The translations under genes were made by a program, and so were the position numbers. A stretch of 63,443 bases of DNA, counting the filler, from Catajapyx aquilonaris (taxonomy: Eukaryota): the NCBI GenBank assembly GCA_000934665.2. It is 2 parts of 2 records of this genome, joined end to end, with 100 filler letters (N's around TTAATTAATTAA, not from the genome) between each part and the next. Parts side by side here need not be neighbours in the genome. Positions count along the whole stretch, not along the records: positions 31,793 to 63,443 come from JYFJ02004503.1; 1 more part is not named here. One strand, 5' to 3'. The notes under the pieces are model-generated. The model was not told the origin of the DNA, ran no database searches, and saw only the letters and a program-made list of their open reading frames with translations. Shown piece by piece: positions 49,366 through 60,659 of this stretch (position 1 is the stretch's first letter; each line of letters begins with the position of its first letter).

Positions 49366-49833
49366 CATACACATACAGTGGAGCATCGATTATCCGAACA
49401 CCGATCAACCGAACCATCAGTTAACCGAATGTTTTCGGGTCGGCAAAAATTGGTTTTCCCCCCCTCAACTGTAGGACTACTTCATGTAAGGACACTGAGG
49501 TATATCTACAGTGTCCTTACATGAAGTAGTCCTAACAAATTCTCACAAATAATTCCTTAGTGAAAATCATACAAATATTTGGTCTGTTTTAAAGGAGGTT
49601 TTAAAGCATATTGTCAGAATGTCCGGGAATTGAATGAGTAGTAAAGAACTTACCGAGTGACTACTTGGTAGTGACCTCGGATAATATTGGAGGTTAAATG
49701 AAATGTGATAATTTATCATCAAATCCCTTTTGAACCTTTTAATTCGTACAGTACTGCTTAAAAATTAATAGCATTCAGACCATGCAAATATAAAAGTATG
49801 TATTGTAAAGTATACAATACATGAAAGTAAAAC

Positions 49834-49942
49834 AAGTCATGGCCACAACCTTTGAGGCCGATGGACCAGGAAAACGCTTTCTTCTAAGGTAACTTTTATA
49901 AGGTAATTCAGGTGAGCACATAACGATGCAGGTTGTCCGGGA
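49834..49942 (-). pseudogene. Isolated IR fragment (pore/M3 region)
   Basis: About 110 nt nearly identical to the HLNYLIKVTLEES..FPGPSASKVVAMT coding segment of the neighbouring IRs. Confidence 0.75.
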
Positions 49943-50277
49943 CGCATATAAGCAAATCGTACGTGGTCCCGCAACAGGGCCATGGCACCCAATGGGAAAC
50001 GCTGTGTCTCCTGACGTCATGGACTCTCGTGAGGAGGCGGTGCGGTGGGGCCCAGCTTCGGCGGCTGATTTGAATAGGTCATCTGCCCAGCTCTATTGGA
50101 ACTAAAAATTACTGGCATTTCATTTCAAATATATGCAGATTATGATTTTGTAACAATACAATACAACACAACACAACACAATTACTTATTCTTAATAGTT
50201 ACTTGCAGGCATCGGGCTTCATATTCAACATGATTTCACTGCAATATGAAAAAGTTAAAAACACGTTCGTATTTAAA

Positions 50278-50519
50278 AAATTATTTTTAAAATGCGAAAA
50301 AGTTTAACATATTTCAACATGTGTAACATTAGTGGGACGCAGCATTTGGCACATTTTTTGAAATATTCTGGCCTAAGTTTCTGGGACGATTGGCCCTGCC
50401 CACTAAGGTGGAGTGAAAAAAACGAAAGTTGTCCGATTAAATCGTACGGGGTGTCAAAGGTTGTGTGTTGACAAGTATAACATTGGTGAATTTTTTTAGA
50501 ATTTTCGTACTTCATCTTA
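50278..50519. repeat. Dispersed repeat truncating IR copy C (second copy at 56322-56563)
   Basis: Near-identical GTTTAACATATTTCAACATGTGTAACATTAGTGGGACGCAGCATTTGGCAC... Confidence 0.85.
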
Positions 50520-52272
50520 CACCACCCTTCCTTTGTCACTATGAACAGAATGGTCCCTTCTTGTGGCCTGAGCAGCATCCAACAATATTCTGTGCTCCAG
50601 CAATCTGTCATTCCTCACATGAAGTCCTATGCTGTAAAAGATGTGATTCCAATAGTCCCAGTTCTCATAGTAGATAGTTCCTTTTAGCATAGCTGTAGTG
50701 TAATATATTAAAACAAAGTAATCATCAGAAATGAAAACATTGCGCTGGCCGTACAAATCTTAGTTTCCCATATCACCTTGTAATTCCCATGAAGCTTGCA
50801 TACAAACACTGTCTTCAGTGAGGATATTTCCGATACACTCCTGAAAAGTTTCTACTGTTTCTATTCTATTGTAAATATCCTCGTAGATGTGACGTTCGGG
50901 TCATTTTTATTGCAAATTTAGAATGATTGTGCCAGTTCTTTGAAATTGTTAGGAACCTCCACCAATGGAGGAGAAGTAAGGAAAGTGTAGAGTTTGGCGC
51001 AGTACACCGTTGTAATGATGATGGAAAAGTATATCCAAGTCATAGCCACAACCTTTGAGGCAGATGGACCAGGAAATGGTGCGCCTTCTTCTAAGGTAAC
51101 TTTTATAAGGTAATTAAGGTGAATAAAAAACGATGCAGGGTGTGGACTGTCCTGGACAAACATTCCATGATGAAGTTTAGCAATAATCACTAATGCTACA
51201 CAGGACACAAACAATGAAGCAACAATCAAGCACCAAATTGATGCAGTGAAGAGATAGAGAATGATGAGTGCGCTGAAGTATGGTCTTGGTGTCCGTGCCA
51301 GGAATGTCACTTTATTGCTATCATAAGGCGCCATCAGGTCAGCCATTGCGTTGACTATTTCCATTACCGGTAAATCTATGAAAAAGTTTAGTTTTCCATC
51401 AATTACGTCTCGTAAAACTGCAGATACTGCTGTAAAGTTGTCGAGTATGGACAGATCAATTGCAGATTTGCGCCAAGTGAAGTTAAGAGCTTTTCCGAAA
51501 GAGCACAACGGATGGTCCAGTTGCATAGTGTTGCCGCAATCCGCAGAACTATCATTATGGATACCTGTAGTTTTCAACAACTTCCCGTGCATGTCATTGC
51601 ATGGCCGTGTCCTCGAACAGGTTTGTAAACGAAATGTGAGAATTGTATGATGGCATCGCGACTGATTCGACAATGGGCATTCCTTCATCACGGAAGAAGC
51701 ATACATAATGCACCAGTAAGGAACCATTATGTTGAGCATTGAGAGACACTTTGTACTTCATTGTAGACAGTGGTTTATCAACCAGATAATTCCCGTCTGG
51801 ATTGTCTCTAACCGAGAACACAAACCTGTCCCTTGTTTTTTTCACTACCAGTCCATTGACTTCTTCGTCTAATATTTGGTCCATGAAATCCTCAAAATTG
51901 GATAAGCAAACCACAACCAGATGTATGGCGCACTTGACCACTTCTCTCTAGGATCCAGTTCTAGACGTGATTGTAAAGTGGCGTCATCTGAAGAATCGCA
52001 GTTCCAATTGCTGACAGAATCCGATTTGGAAACGAGTAGAGGTCGTCCAAGAGACGACATGTTTCGCATGAAGTCCATCAGCTCTTCAGGAAAATGATGC
52101 CCCAAATCATGATGCACCAGCGCAGGACAAATCACTTGCTCATCGTCCTTCAGCAGGTTCCACACGAACTGCCTTTCCACATTGCCTCTAGCTGTCTTCC
52201 AGTGCATCAGTACATGGCCAGACCTATTGACAACACTGTGATGAAGACAAGAAAAGCGTAACTGAGCTTCAT
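50520..52272 (-). pseudogene. Divergent IR copy C, multiple frameshifts, 3'-truncated (M4 lost)
   Basis: IR homology is split over ORFs 51869..52372, 51594..51941, 50918..51739 and 50517..50756; it ends at KGRVV against a dispersed repeat. Confidence 0.85.
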
Positions 52273-53929
52273 TTTTTTCCCCACTCCACTGCTTCACACG
52301 TTTGGGTGTATGTAGCAGCTTATGAATAATATTAGATATATAATTTTCGTCCTTAATCGAAATAATATGCACAGGTGTGGGAATCTAAACATCTGACTCT
52401 GCTTGTATAATCAGTCCAAATGACTGGGATGATGACAGCCTATTGCTTATACTTCAGTATATATTGAGACAGCAAGTGCAAGACTGTAATTATTCGCACT
52501 TGCATTTCGCAAGTATCACTTGCTTTGCTTAGCCAAGTGCTCCGAAAATAACATGTATGGTCCGTGGCTTCACATAGGGGCGATGGCATCGTCACATACA
52601 TGTACTATATCGCCCAAAAATAATAGAGACGATTTTGCATTTGACTCAAGTGCAACTTGCACTTGAATCAAATGCCAATCGTCTCTATCTTTTTGAGCGA
52701 TATAGTACCTGTCAATAAATGGCCCCATGGCCACTACAACCATATAGCTGAAAATGGTGTATAGCAAAATGTCACACCTCGTGACCTTACGGCTATTATT
52801 TCATGACAGCATGGGTTTCGCAACAAGTTTAAACTGGTTAAGAAATGACATAAAAATTTTAAAACCGGCCTGATTAGACCTTATAATCAGCAGATAATTA
52901 ATTCCTGAATTATATCGACTGACAATTCATTATGAAAAATTATTGTAATGAACTAATGATAGATCAATTTAATACATGAAAAGTGCATTACCATATGAGG
53001 CTACAAAATTACTTGTTACATGATGAAACTGCAATACTTCGGAATAAATGCCCATTAGAATTTTTACACACAAAAAACATCTGTGTGGTACAGCCTGGCA
53101 TTTATCCCACAGTGCTATTAAAGTATGACTTGACACATTTATCCCCGAATTATCATAATGCTGGAAGACTGTAGTTTCCCAATTATTTATTTATCATAGA
53201 GTATTATGTTGAACTTGGTGACGCCCAACGGACGCAAAAATGATTAAAAGTGGAGGAATAATGATAAATTTTTCGTCCTTGGCCTTCCCCACATAGGAGG
53301 CACGAGATACTAAATAAAACAAAGTTAATCTACAATTTTTACTTCATCTGAATGCTGCCCAATCATAGGATAGCAAGTATGATAATTTCGGGATAAATGT
53401 TTCCTGTCATACTTGAACGGCATTAAAGCCCCATCTTTCCCACACATAATTATTTGTGTACACGAACTTACTGGCATTTATTCCGAATTATTTAGAACCA
53501 AAAGCCTAAAGAATGATCTAATTGATAAGTCAAGGACTACTACTGCCACATGACTTTTATGTATTATTTATGAGGCATAGGTGCGATCGAAGGAAGGTCA
53601 CGTCGGAATTGATATATTATTATCACAAAAACTAATTCCCTACGGAATTGTAAAAAAAGGAAAGTAAGATCCAAGTAACGGATAGAAATGACTGAAACAA
53701 GACTGGGCTGCGTAAGATCTTCAACCTTATGGATAAATGTAACCCAGAGATCTTACTTCCGCATGTTACACAATAATTAGATTTGTATCATGGTGATGAT
53801 CAAAGCGTCTTTGTCCATCAGCCATCCTAATGCTAATAAGCCAATCTGTGGACCATTAAACATTCAAGCTACTCAGTAAATCGATGAACAAATTAATTAA
53901 TTCAAGGATTATATTTATCCTTTATCCTT

Positions 53930-54090
53930 ATTAAATATATTATATTGTATTATATATTATATTATATATTATATTATATTACATATATATTATATTACAT
54001 ATTATATATTATATATTATATTGTATTGTATGTTATATTGTGTTATATATTATATTATATTACATATATATTATATTACATATTATATAT
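53930..54090. repeat. Low-complexity (TATAT)n tract
   Basis: AT-only pentamer-like repeats. Confidence 0.9.
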
Positions 54091-54496
54091 GTACCAGACT
54101 AATTTGCTGAAATCGTTGTACTTTGCAAGAATTCAATCAATACTTATCTGCGGCTTGCCTCCGTCACATCTGAAAACTCCCAACCGTACTTAATTTTCGC
54201 GAAATGCGACGATTTCAGCAAATCAGTTCGTCTGGCACGTTACAATAAAATACGCAAGTACATGTCTGCAAAACCTGCGTAACAAACGGACAGTATGTCT
54301 GTGTTTGCATGGAAATGCCCAGGACATGTATCTTTTCCTATTCCCGGACCCGCGGAAACCAAAACTAGACAACTGTCACCAATGTCACTTACAACATTAT
54401 TCGGGGCAACCCTTCAATTATCTACATTGAGAACCGTACCAGACGAATTTACTGAAATCGTGGAACTTTCCAAGAATTAAATCAATACTATGTGAA

Positions 54497-54825
54497 GGGG
54501 AGGTGTGGTGGCCGTGATGGTAACGTCTCGGCTTGCTGAGTGAAAGGCCCCAGGTTCGATCCCCGCCTGGGGAATTTTCCTTTCACCTGCGTCAGGAGGG
54601 TCTCTCACCTGCACCAATGAAGTATCTGGCAACCTAACCTCCTGGAGAACAGCACATGACCCCTTTACCGACATTGCACTTGCACCAATGTTCCCTCCCC
54701 AAAAATCCCTATCCATACCCTACATCCTTGACTCCTTGCACCGGTGAATGAAGTTAATATGTGAAATGGTGGTATTCCACCCCCCTATAAGGGCCTATGG
54801 CCCTAGCACGGGGTAACGTAAAAAA
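54497..54825 (+). mobile_element. tRNA-derived SINE (family of 7620-7955)
   Basis: A/B boxes, TSD AATCAATACTATGTG. Confidence 0.88.
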
Positions 54826-55048
54826 ATCAATACTATGTGTGGCTTGCCTCGGTCACATCTGAATACTACCAAACTTATTTAATTTTCTCGAAATGCAACG
54901 ATTGCAGCAAATCTTAGTCTGGCACATTTCTCAAGGTAGATATTCTGCACACTGTAACATAATTTCATAATATTAAATCAGCTTAAGAGTTGGCCGGTAT
55001 TACCTGGCGTGATGGCGATATAGCAGGGAGCGAACAGGCTTAATAGTA

Positions 55049-55497
55049 CAGTTGAATCCGGTTATACAACAAACTTCAAGAGACTGCGGAAAAAGTCTGT
55101 TATAACCGAGGTCTGTTATAGCCGAATCGTCACGCAACGAAAACGTAAATTTCTGCTTTCAATGTGGCTGTACCAGTGCTGTACCATGCACTACTAGACT
55201 ACATACCGATTAATGAAATCTGTCACAAATGCAATATTGGCTCACCCGAAAATTATGCAGGACCAAAATATCCGAAATTTCCTTTTGCCGTCTCCTTTTT
55301 GCAAATTTCATACCTGGAAAACAATATTTTCCCACCGAGGGTCCAAGAAATGGTATGTTATATACCCGAGGTGAGGTGAAAATGAGTCTGTTATATCAGG
55401 GATGAAAAATAATACACAGTGCCTAATGGAAGCATGCCGGGACAGCCTTTATAACCAAGTCTGTTATAGCCGAGGCTGTTATATCCGGATTCAACTG
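55049..55497. mobile_element. pogo/Tigger-type MITE, TA TSD
   Basis: CAGTTGAATCCGGTTATA / TATATCCGGATTCAACTG; shorter relative at about 17388-17491. Confidence 0.85.
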
Positions 55498-56947
55498 TAA
55501 TAATCTGTAATACTGAAGTGCAATGAGTTCACACCAGCGGCAGGGTAACATTTCGCTAATAACAATATGGCTAGTTGGTAAACAAGAATTGACGTTTTCT
55601 AGGTGATGGCATTATGAACAAATGAATTAATGACAGAAAAAATAAGAGGTAAAGAAATCACAACTCCAATCCTGTAGCAGTAGGAACTGTGAGATTTTGA
55701 ACATAGATCCGCACCATCCCACTGCACCTTCGGCCCGTTGAAGAAGGAACCGAATTCCGAATAGTTATTGAGCAAAAAAATGGGAACGTATTTTTTGGTA
55801 GTTTTAAATTTTTTGCGGCGTTCTGAAGAGGAATGAAGTAAAAGTGCAAATGGTAGGAAATCAAGTCACGACGGTGGGGATCTGTGTTCAAAATTTGGAA
55901 GATCTACCTACAGCAGAACTTGAGTTAGGGCGAATTAAAAAAACGTAATAACAACAAGAAGTAGGAAAAATTCATTGTTGAAACGCTATGCTACGGTCTT
56001 ACTTAAGGGCTACCGCCCTTAAAATATCACTGTTTCTTGGTTTCATATCATTGCTCCTATGACACCGGTACAATTTTTTCGCTAAGTGATCGGTTATCCG
56101 AACAATCAGTTATCCGAACACCACCTGGACAGACTCTGTTCGGATAATCGATGCTGCACTGTATAGCAGCTTGAGCAGACGATATTATAGGCCTTGACCA
56201 GCCTTGACCTTATTGACATTGGTTTGTTTCTGTATTTGTTATGGAATTTCCATGGAGACATGCCTGAAGACACCTGAAGAACCGAGAATTTATGAGCAAA
56301 CTCATGATTTTGTGGAGGTGCAAAATTATTTTAAAAATGCGAATAAGTTTAACATATTTCAACATGTGTAACATTAGTGGGACGCAGCATTTGGCACATT
56401 ATTTGAAATATTCTGGCCTAAGTTTCTGGGACGTTTGGCCCTGCCCACTAAGGTGGAGTGACAAAAACGAAAGTTGTCCGATTAAATAGTACGGGTGTCA
56501 AAGGTTGTGTATGGACAAGTATAACATCGGTGATTTTTTTTTTTAATTTTCGTACTCCATCTTCATTTGTCGCAATGGTTTCGACATACAGCAAATTAAT
56601 ATCGCAATCAGAAGACCCTAATTGTATAGTATAAGATCGCCCCTGGTGTGTTATGTTTCAAAGGCTGATTTTTCCAAGCCACCTGAGCAGAGTTATTTTC
56701 CTTGACATTATTGACATCGGTTTGTTTCTCTTCTTTGTTTTGAAATTTCCATGGAGATATTCTGATGAAGAACCGCTCCTGACCCAGGACAGGAGGTCCA
56801 ATGCAATGTGATCATAGAATTTCATGATAAACTGGAAGAACATAAGATATATACACTGCTCAAAATTTATTTGCACTGAGAACATTCAAACAGCTACACA
56901 TACATATGTGCAGTACATTCAGAAATGAAATAGGGATTTCACAAGTA

Positions 56948-58864
56948 TTATGGTAAAAATGGATATTTTCTCGGCCCATACATGCAGTGTACAATGCGTT
57001 CAGAAGTGAAGACCGCGAGAGCTACGCATATTCCACAGCTAAACACTATAAAATGACCTTGCAGCCTGTCCAGTGTAAATACCACCCTTCCTTTGTCACT
57101 ATGAACAGAATGGTCCCTTCTTATGGCCTGAGCAGCATCCAACAATCTTCTGTGCTCCAGCAATTTGTCATTCCTCACATGAAGTCCTATGCTGTAATAG
57201 ATGTGATTCCAATAGTCCCAGTTCTCATAGTAGATAGTTCCTTTTAGCATAGCTGTAGTGTAATATATTAAAACAAAGTAATCATCAGAAATGAAAACAT
57301 TGCCCTGGCCATACAAATCTAAGTTTCCCATATCACCTTTTAATTCCCATGGAGCTTGCATACAAACACTGTCTTCAGTGAGGATATTTCCGGAACACTC
57401 GTGAAAAGTTTCTACTGTTTCTATTCTATTGTAAATATCCTCGTAATCCTGCTCAATAAATTCCATATTACTAATGTACGCAAGATGTGACGTTCGGGTC
57501 ATTTTTATGGCAAATTTAGAGCGTGCCAGTTCTTTGAAATTGTTCGGAACCTCCTCCAATGGAGGAGAAGTAAGGAAAGTGTAGAGTTTGGCGCAATAAA
57601 CCGTCGTAATGATCATGGAAAAGTATATCCAAGTCATGGCCACAACCTTTGAGGCCGATGGACCAGGAAATGGTGCGCCTTCTTCTAAGGTAACTTTTAT
57701 AAGGTAATTCAGGTGAGTAAAGAACGATGCAGGTTGTGGACTGTCCTGGACAAACATTCCATGATGAAGTTTAGCAATAATCACTAATGATACACAGGAC
57801 ACAAACAATGAAGCAACAATCAAGCACCAAATTGATGCAGTGAAGGGATAGAGAATGATGAGTGCGCTGAAGTATGGTCTTGGTGTCCGTGCCAGGAATG
57901 TCACTTTATTGCTATCATAAGGCGCCATCAGGTCAGCTATTGCGTTGACAATTTCCATTACCGGTAAATCTATGAAAAAGTTCAGTTTTCCATCAATTAC
58001 GTCTCGTAAAACTGCAGATACTGCTGTCAAGTTGTCGAATATGCTGGACAGATCAATTGCAGATTTGTGCCAAGTGAAGTTAAGAGCTTTTCCGAAAAAG
58101 CACAACGGATGGTCCAGTTGCATAGTGTTGCCGCAATCCGCAGAACTATCATCATGGATACCTATAGTTTTCAGTAACTTCCCGTGCATGTCATTGGCCG
58201 TGTCCTCGAACAGGTCTGTAAACGAAATGTGAGAATTGTATGATGGCATCGCGACTGATTCGACAACGGGCATTCCCTCATCACAGAAGAAGCACACATA
58301 ATGCACCAGTAAGGAACCATTATGTTGAGCGTTTATAGACACTTTGTACTTCATTGCAGGCAGTGGTTTTTCAAGAAGATAACTAGCGTCTTCATTGTCT
58401 CGAATCCAAAACACAAATTTGTCTCTTGTTTTTTTCACTACCAGTCCATTGACTTCTTCGTCTAATATTTGGTACATGAAATCCTCAAAATTGGACGAGC
58501 AAGCCACAACCAGATGTATGGCGCACTTGACCATCTTCTGCCTAGGGTCCAGTTCTAACCGTTGTGATGTGGCGTAATCTGAAGAATCGCAGTTCCAATT
58601 GCTCACAGAATCCGATTTGGAAACGAGTAGAGGTCGTCCAAGAGACGACATGTTTCGCATGAAGTCCATCAGCTCTTCAGGAAAATGATGCCTCAAATCA
58701 TGATGCACCAGGCAAGGACAATCCACTAGCTCATCGTCCTTCAGCAGGTTCCACATGAACTGGCTTTCCACATTGCCTCTAGTTGTCTTCCAGTGCATTA
58801 GTGCATGGCCAGACACCACTGACAACACTGTGATGAAGACAAGAAAAGTGTAACTGAACTTCAT
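56948..58864 (-). CDS. Divergent IR copy D, intact, intronless (638 aa from MKFSYTFLV)
   Basis: Same domain layout as copy A; ATG at 58864 begins a signal peptide and aligns with the starts of copies B and C; AATAAA at 56871-56866. Confidence 0.88.
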   Translation of the reverse strand: MKFSYTFLVFITVLSVVSGHALMHWKTTRGNVESQFMWNLLKDDELVDCPCLVHHDLRHHFPEELMDFMRNMSSLGRPLLVSKSDSVSNWNCDSSDYATSQRLELDPRQKMVKCAIHLVVACSSNFEDFMYQILDEEVNGLVVKKTRDKFVFWIRDNEDASYLLEKPLPAMKYKVSINAQHNGSLLVHYVCFFCDEGMPVVESVAMPSYNSHISFTDLFEDTANDMHGKLLKTIGIHDDSSADCGNTMQLDHPLCFFGKALNFTWHKSAIDLSSIFDNLTAVSAVLRDVIDGKLNFFIDLPVMEIVNAIADLMAPYDSNKVTFLARTPRPYFSALIILYPFTASIWCLIVASLFVSCVSLVIIAKLHHGMFVQDSPQPASFFTHLNYLIKVTLEEGAPFPGPSASKVVAMTWIYFSMIITTVYCAKLYTFLTSPPLEEVPNNFKELARSKFAIKMTRTSHLAYISNMEFIEQDYEDIYNRIETVETFHECSGNILTEDSVCMQAPWELKGDMGNLDLYGQGNVFISDDYFVLIYYTTAMLKGTIYYENWDYWNHIYYSIGLHVRNDKLLEHRRLLDAAQAIRRDHSVHSDKGRVVFTLDRLQGHFIVFSCGICVALAVFTSERIVHCMYGPRKYPFLP

Positions 58865-59882
58865 TTTTTCCCCACTCCACTGCTCCACACGTTTGGGTGT
58901 ATGTAGCAGCTTATGAATTATATTAGATATATAATTTTCGTAATTAAACGAAATAATATGCACAGGTGTGGGAATCCAAACATCTGACTCTGCTCGTATA
59001 ATCAGTCCAAATGACTGGGATGATGACAGCCTATTGCTTATTGAGACAGCAAGACTGTAATTCGCACTTGCATTTCGCAAGTGTCACTTGCTTTGGCTTA
59101 GCCAAGTGCTCAGAAAATAACATGTATGGTTCGTGGCTTCACAGGCATCGTCACATACATGTACCTGTCAATAAATGGCCCCATGGCCACTACAATCATA
59201 ATTATATAGCTCAAATGCTGTATATGGGCAGCCGGGAGGCGACCGTTCGTAAACCGGGGACTACCGGTATAGAAAAAATGGACTTTAAAATTTTGAAAAT
59301 ATATACAGTATTCAGCGGTTTCCAATTTTGCTCAGAAACATAATATTTATCTTGCACACTAATACTACGGTCGGGATGTTTATTTTGGCCTACATAAAGT
59401 GGATTTTTAACGGACAAACAAACAAACATATTATGGACTATACTTTCAGAAATACTGTATGTACCGTATATTACAAGTCGATTGTTTTACAGTGTTGCAT
59501 AACTGAATTAGTGATTAACAGTCAACGTGGAAAGCAGATTGTTGAATATAAAGTGTAAAGGACGGTTAAGAAGCATTTGCAAAAAGCACTAGGCTGTTAC
59601 TTACTCCTGATTGGTCGAGTGTGAAGGTCTGTGGCCGTGCGTAAGTTGGGGGTCCTCCCCTTTCTCTGCAGCTGCCCATGACCTCGTGCACTTGGATGAC
59701 AATCATGACATCTGGGAACCGCACATCTCCCTGGAGGGCCGAAGGGTGGAGCACTTGAGGCGACAGGAGGACCCCCAACTTACCTACCCCCGGGGTATAA
59801 GGATTATTGAACTCGATTGACAAGTTTGGTTGCATATGCGTCAGAAAAATTGGTCCCACGCGTACAATGCGAGTGACCGCAG

Positions 59883-59918
<36 letters not shown>

Positions 59919-59968
59919 TAACGATCATAATAATAATAATAATAACAACAACAACACCAACACCAACA
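59883..59968. repeat. Compound microsatellite (CAT)n(TAA)n(CAA)n
   Basis: Directly visible. Confidence 0.9.
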
Positions 59969-59994
59969 AAAATGGAAAGAAATAGTAAAAATAC

Positions 59995-60403
59995 CAGTGA
60001 TTCTCTTCCGCAAGAAGCAAGTCGATTTGTTCCGTCCATTGGCCAGCGCTTCAATGCATTTTCCGGCGAAAATAATGTATAGGTCATATTCAGTCATATT
60101 CTCTATGGTATGCATTCCACGATTACGCATAATATCCGGCATCGTCCGTACCCTTTTAGCCCAAAAACCATCCCAATCCGGTTCCCCCCTGCAGCAAGCA
60201 AGTGGAGAGTAGGGTTGAGGTGTGGTGGAGGGGCTCGGCTGCACTACCAACCGTTCTTCATCAGCGAGTTCTCCCGGCTATTTTAGTACTTGTTGCGGGG
60301 GTGGCGGGATTTTTCTACTTGCCCAAAAAATCGCGCTTTGGAGGAGTAGCAAGAGGAGGGCTAAGGCCATCGTGAGAAAGCGAGATTCTTCCCAAATTCG
60401 CAT
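59995..60403 (-). pseudogene. First exon of a type II membrane/secretory protein with an in-frame TAG; family not recognised
   Basis: MRIWEESRFLTMALALLLLLLQSAIFWASRKIPPPPQQVLK*PGELADEERLVVQPSPSTTPQP...: signal anchor, Pro-rich stem, then a globular-looking region; TAG at 60280-60278; possible donor G|gtattt at 59995. Confidence 0.45.
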
Positions 60404-60659
60404 CCTGAGCCAAGATGCCGTGATCCGTTTTTAAAAAACTCTTCCCCTTCTAGATCGCGCAATTATTATCCGAATTGATCGAGCCTTAGTCGGGAGGCTC
60501 AATTGGCTTTTCCTCGCCATGCTGTGACAATTTCAGGTCCGCACCTCCAGCGAGACGGCCACACCGGCGGTGCGAACACAACCTTGGACCCGTCCCTCGG
60601 CCCAACTTGGCCTCCGCGAGTGGGAAAAATCGTCGTGATCGTGCGCCCATTAATCCATC

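Noticed and set aside
53945..54193. Tyr/Ile/Leu-rich ORF
   Set aside because: Translation of an AT low-complexity tract
58865..59080. 72-aa N-terminal extension of IR copy D
   Set aside because: The signal peptide begins at ATG 58864, and the homologous upstream region is not in frame in copies B and C
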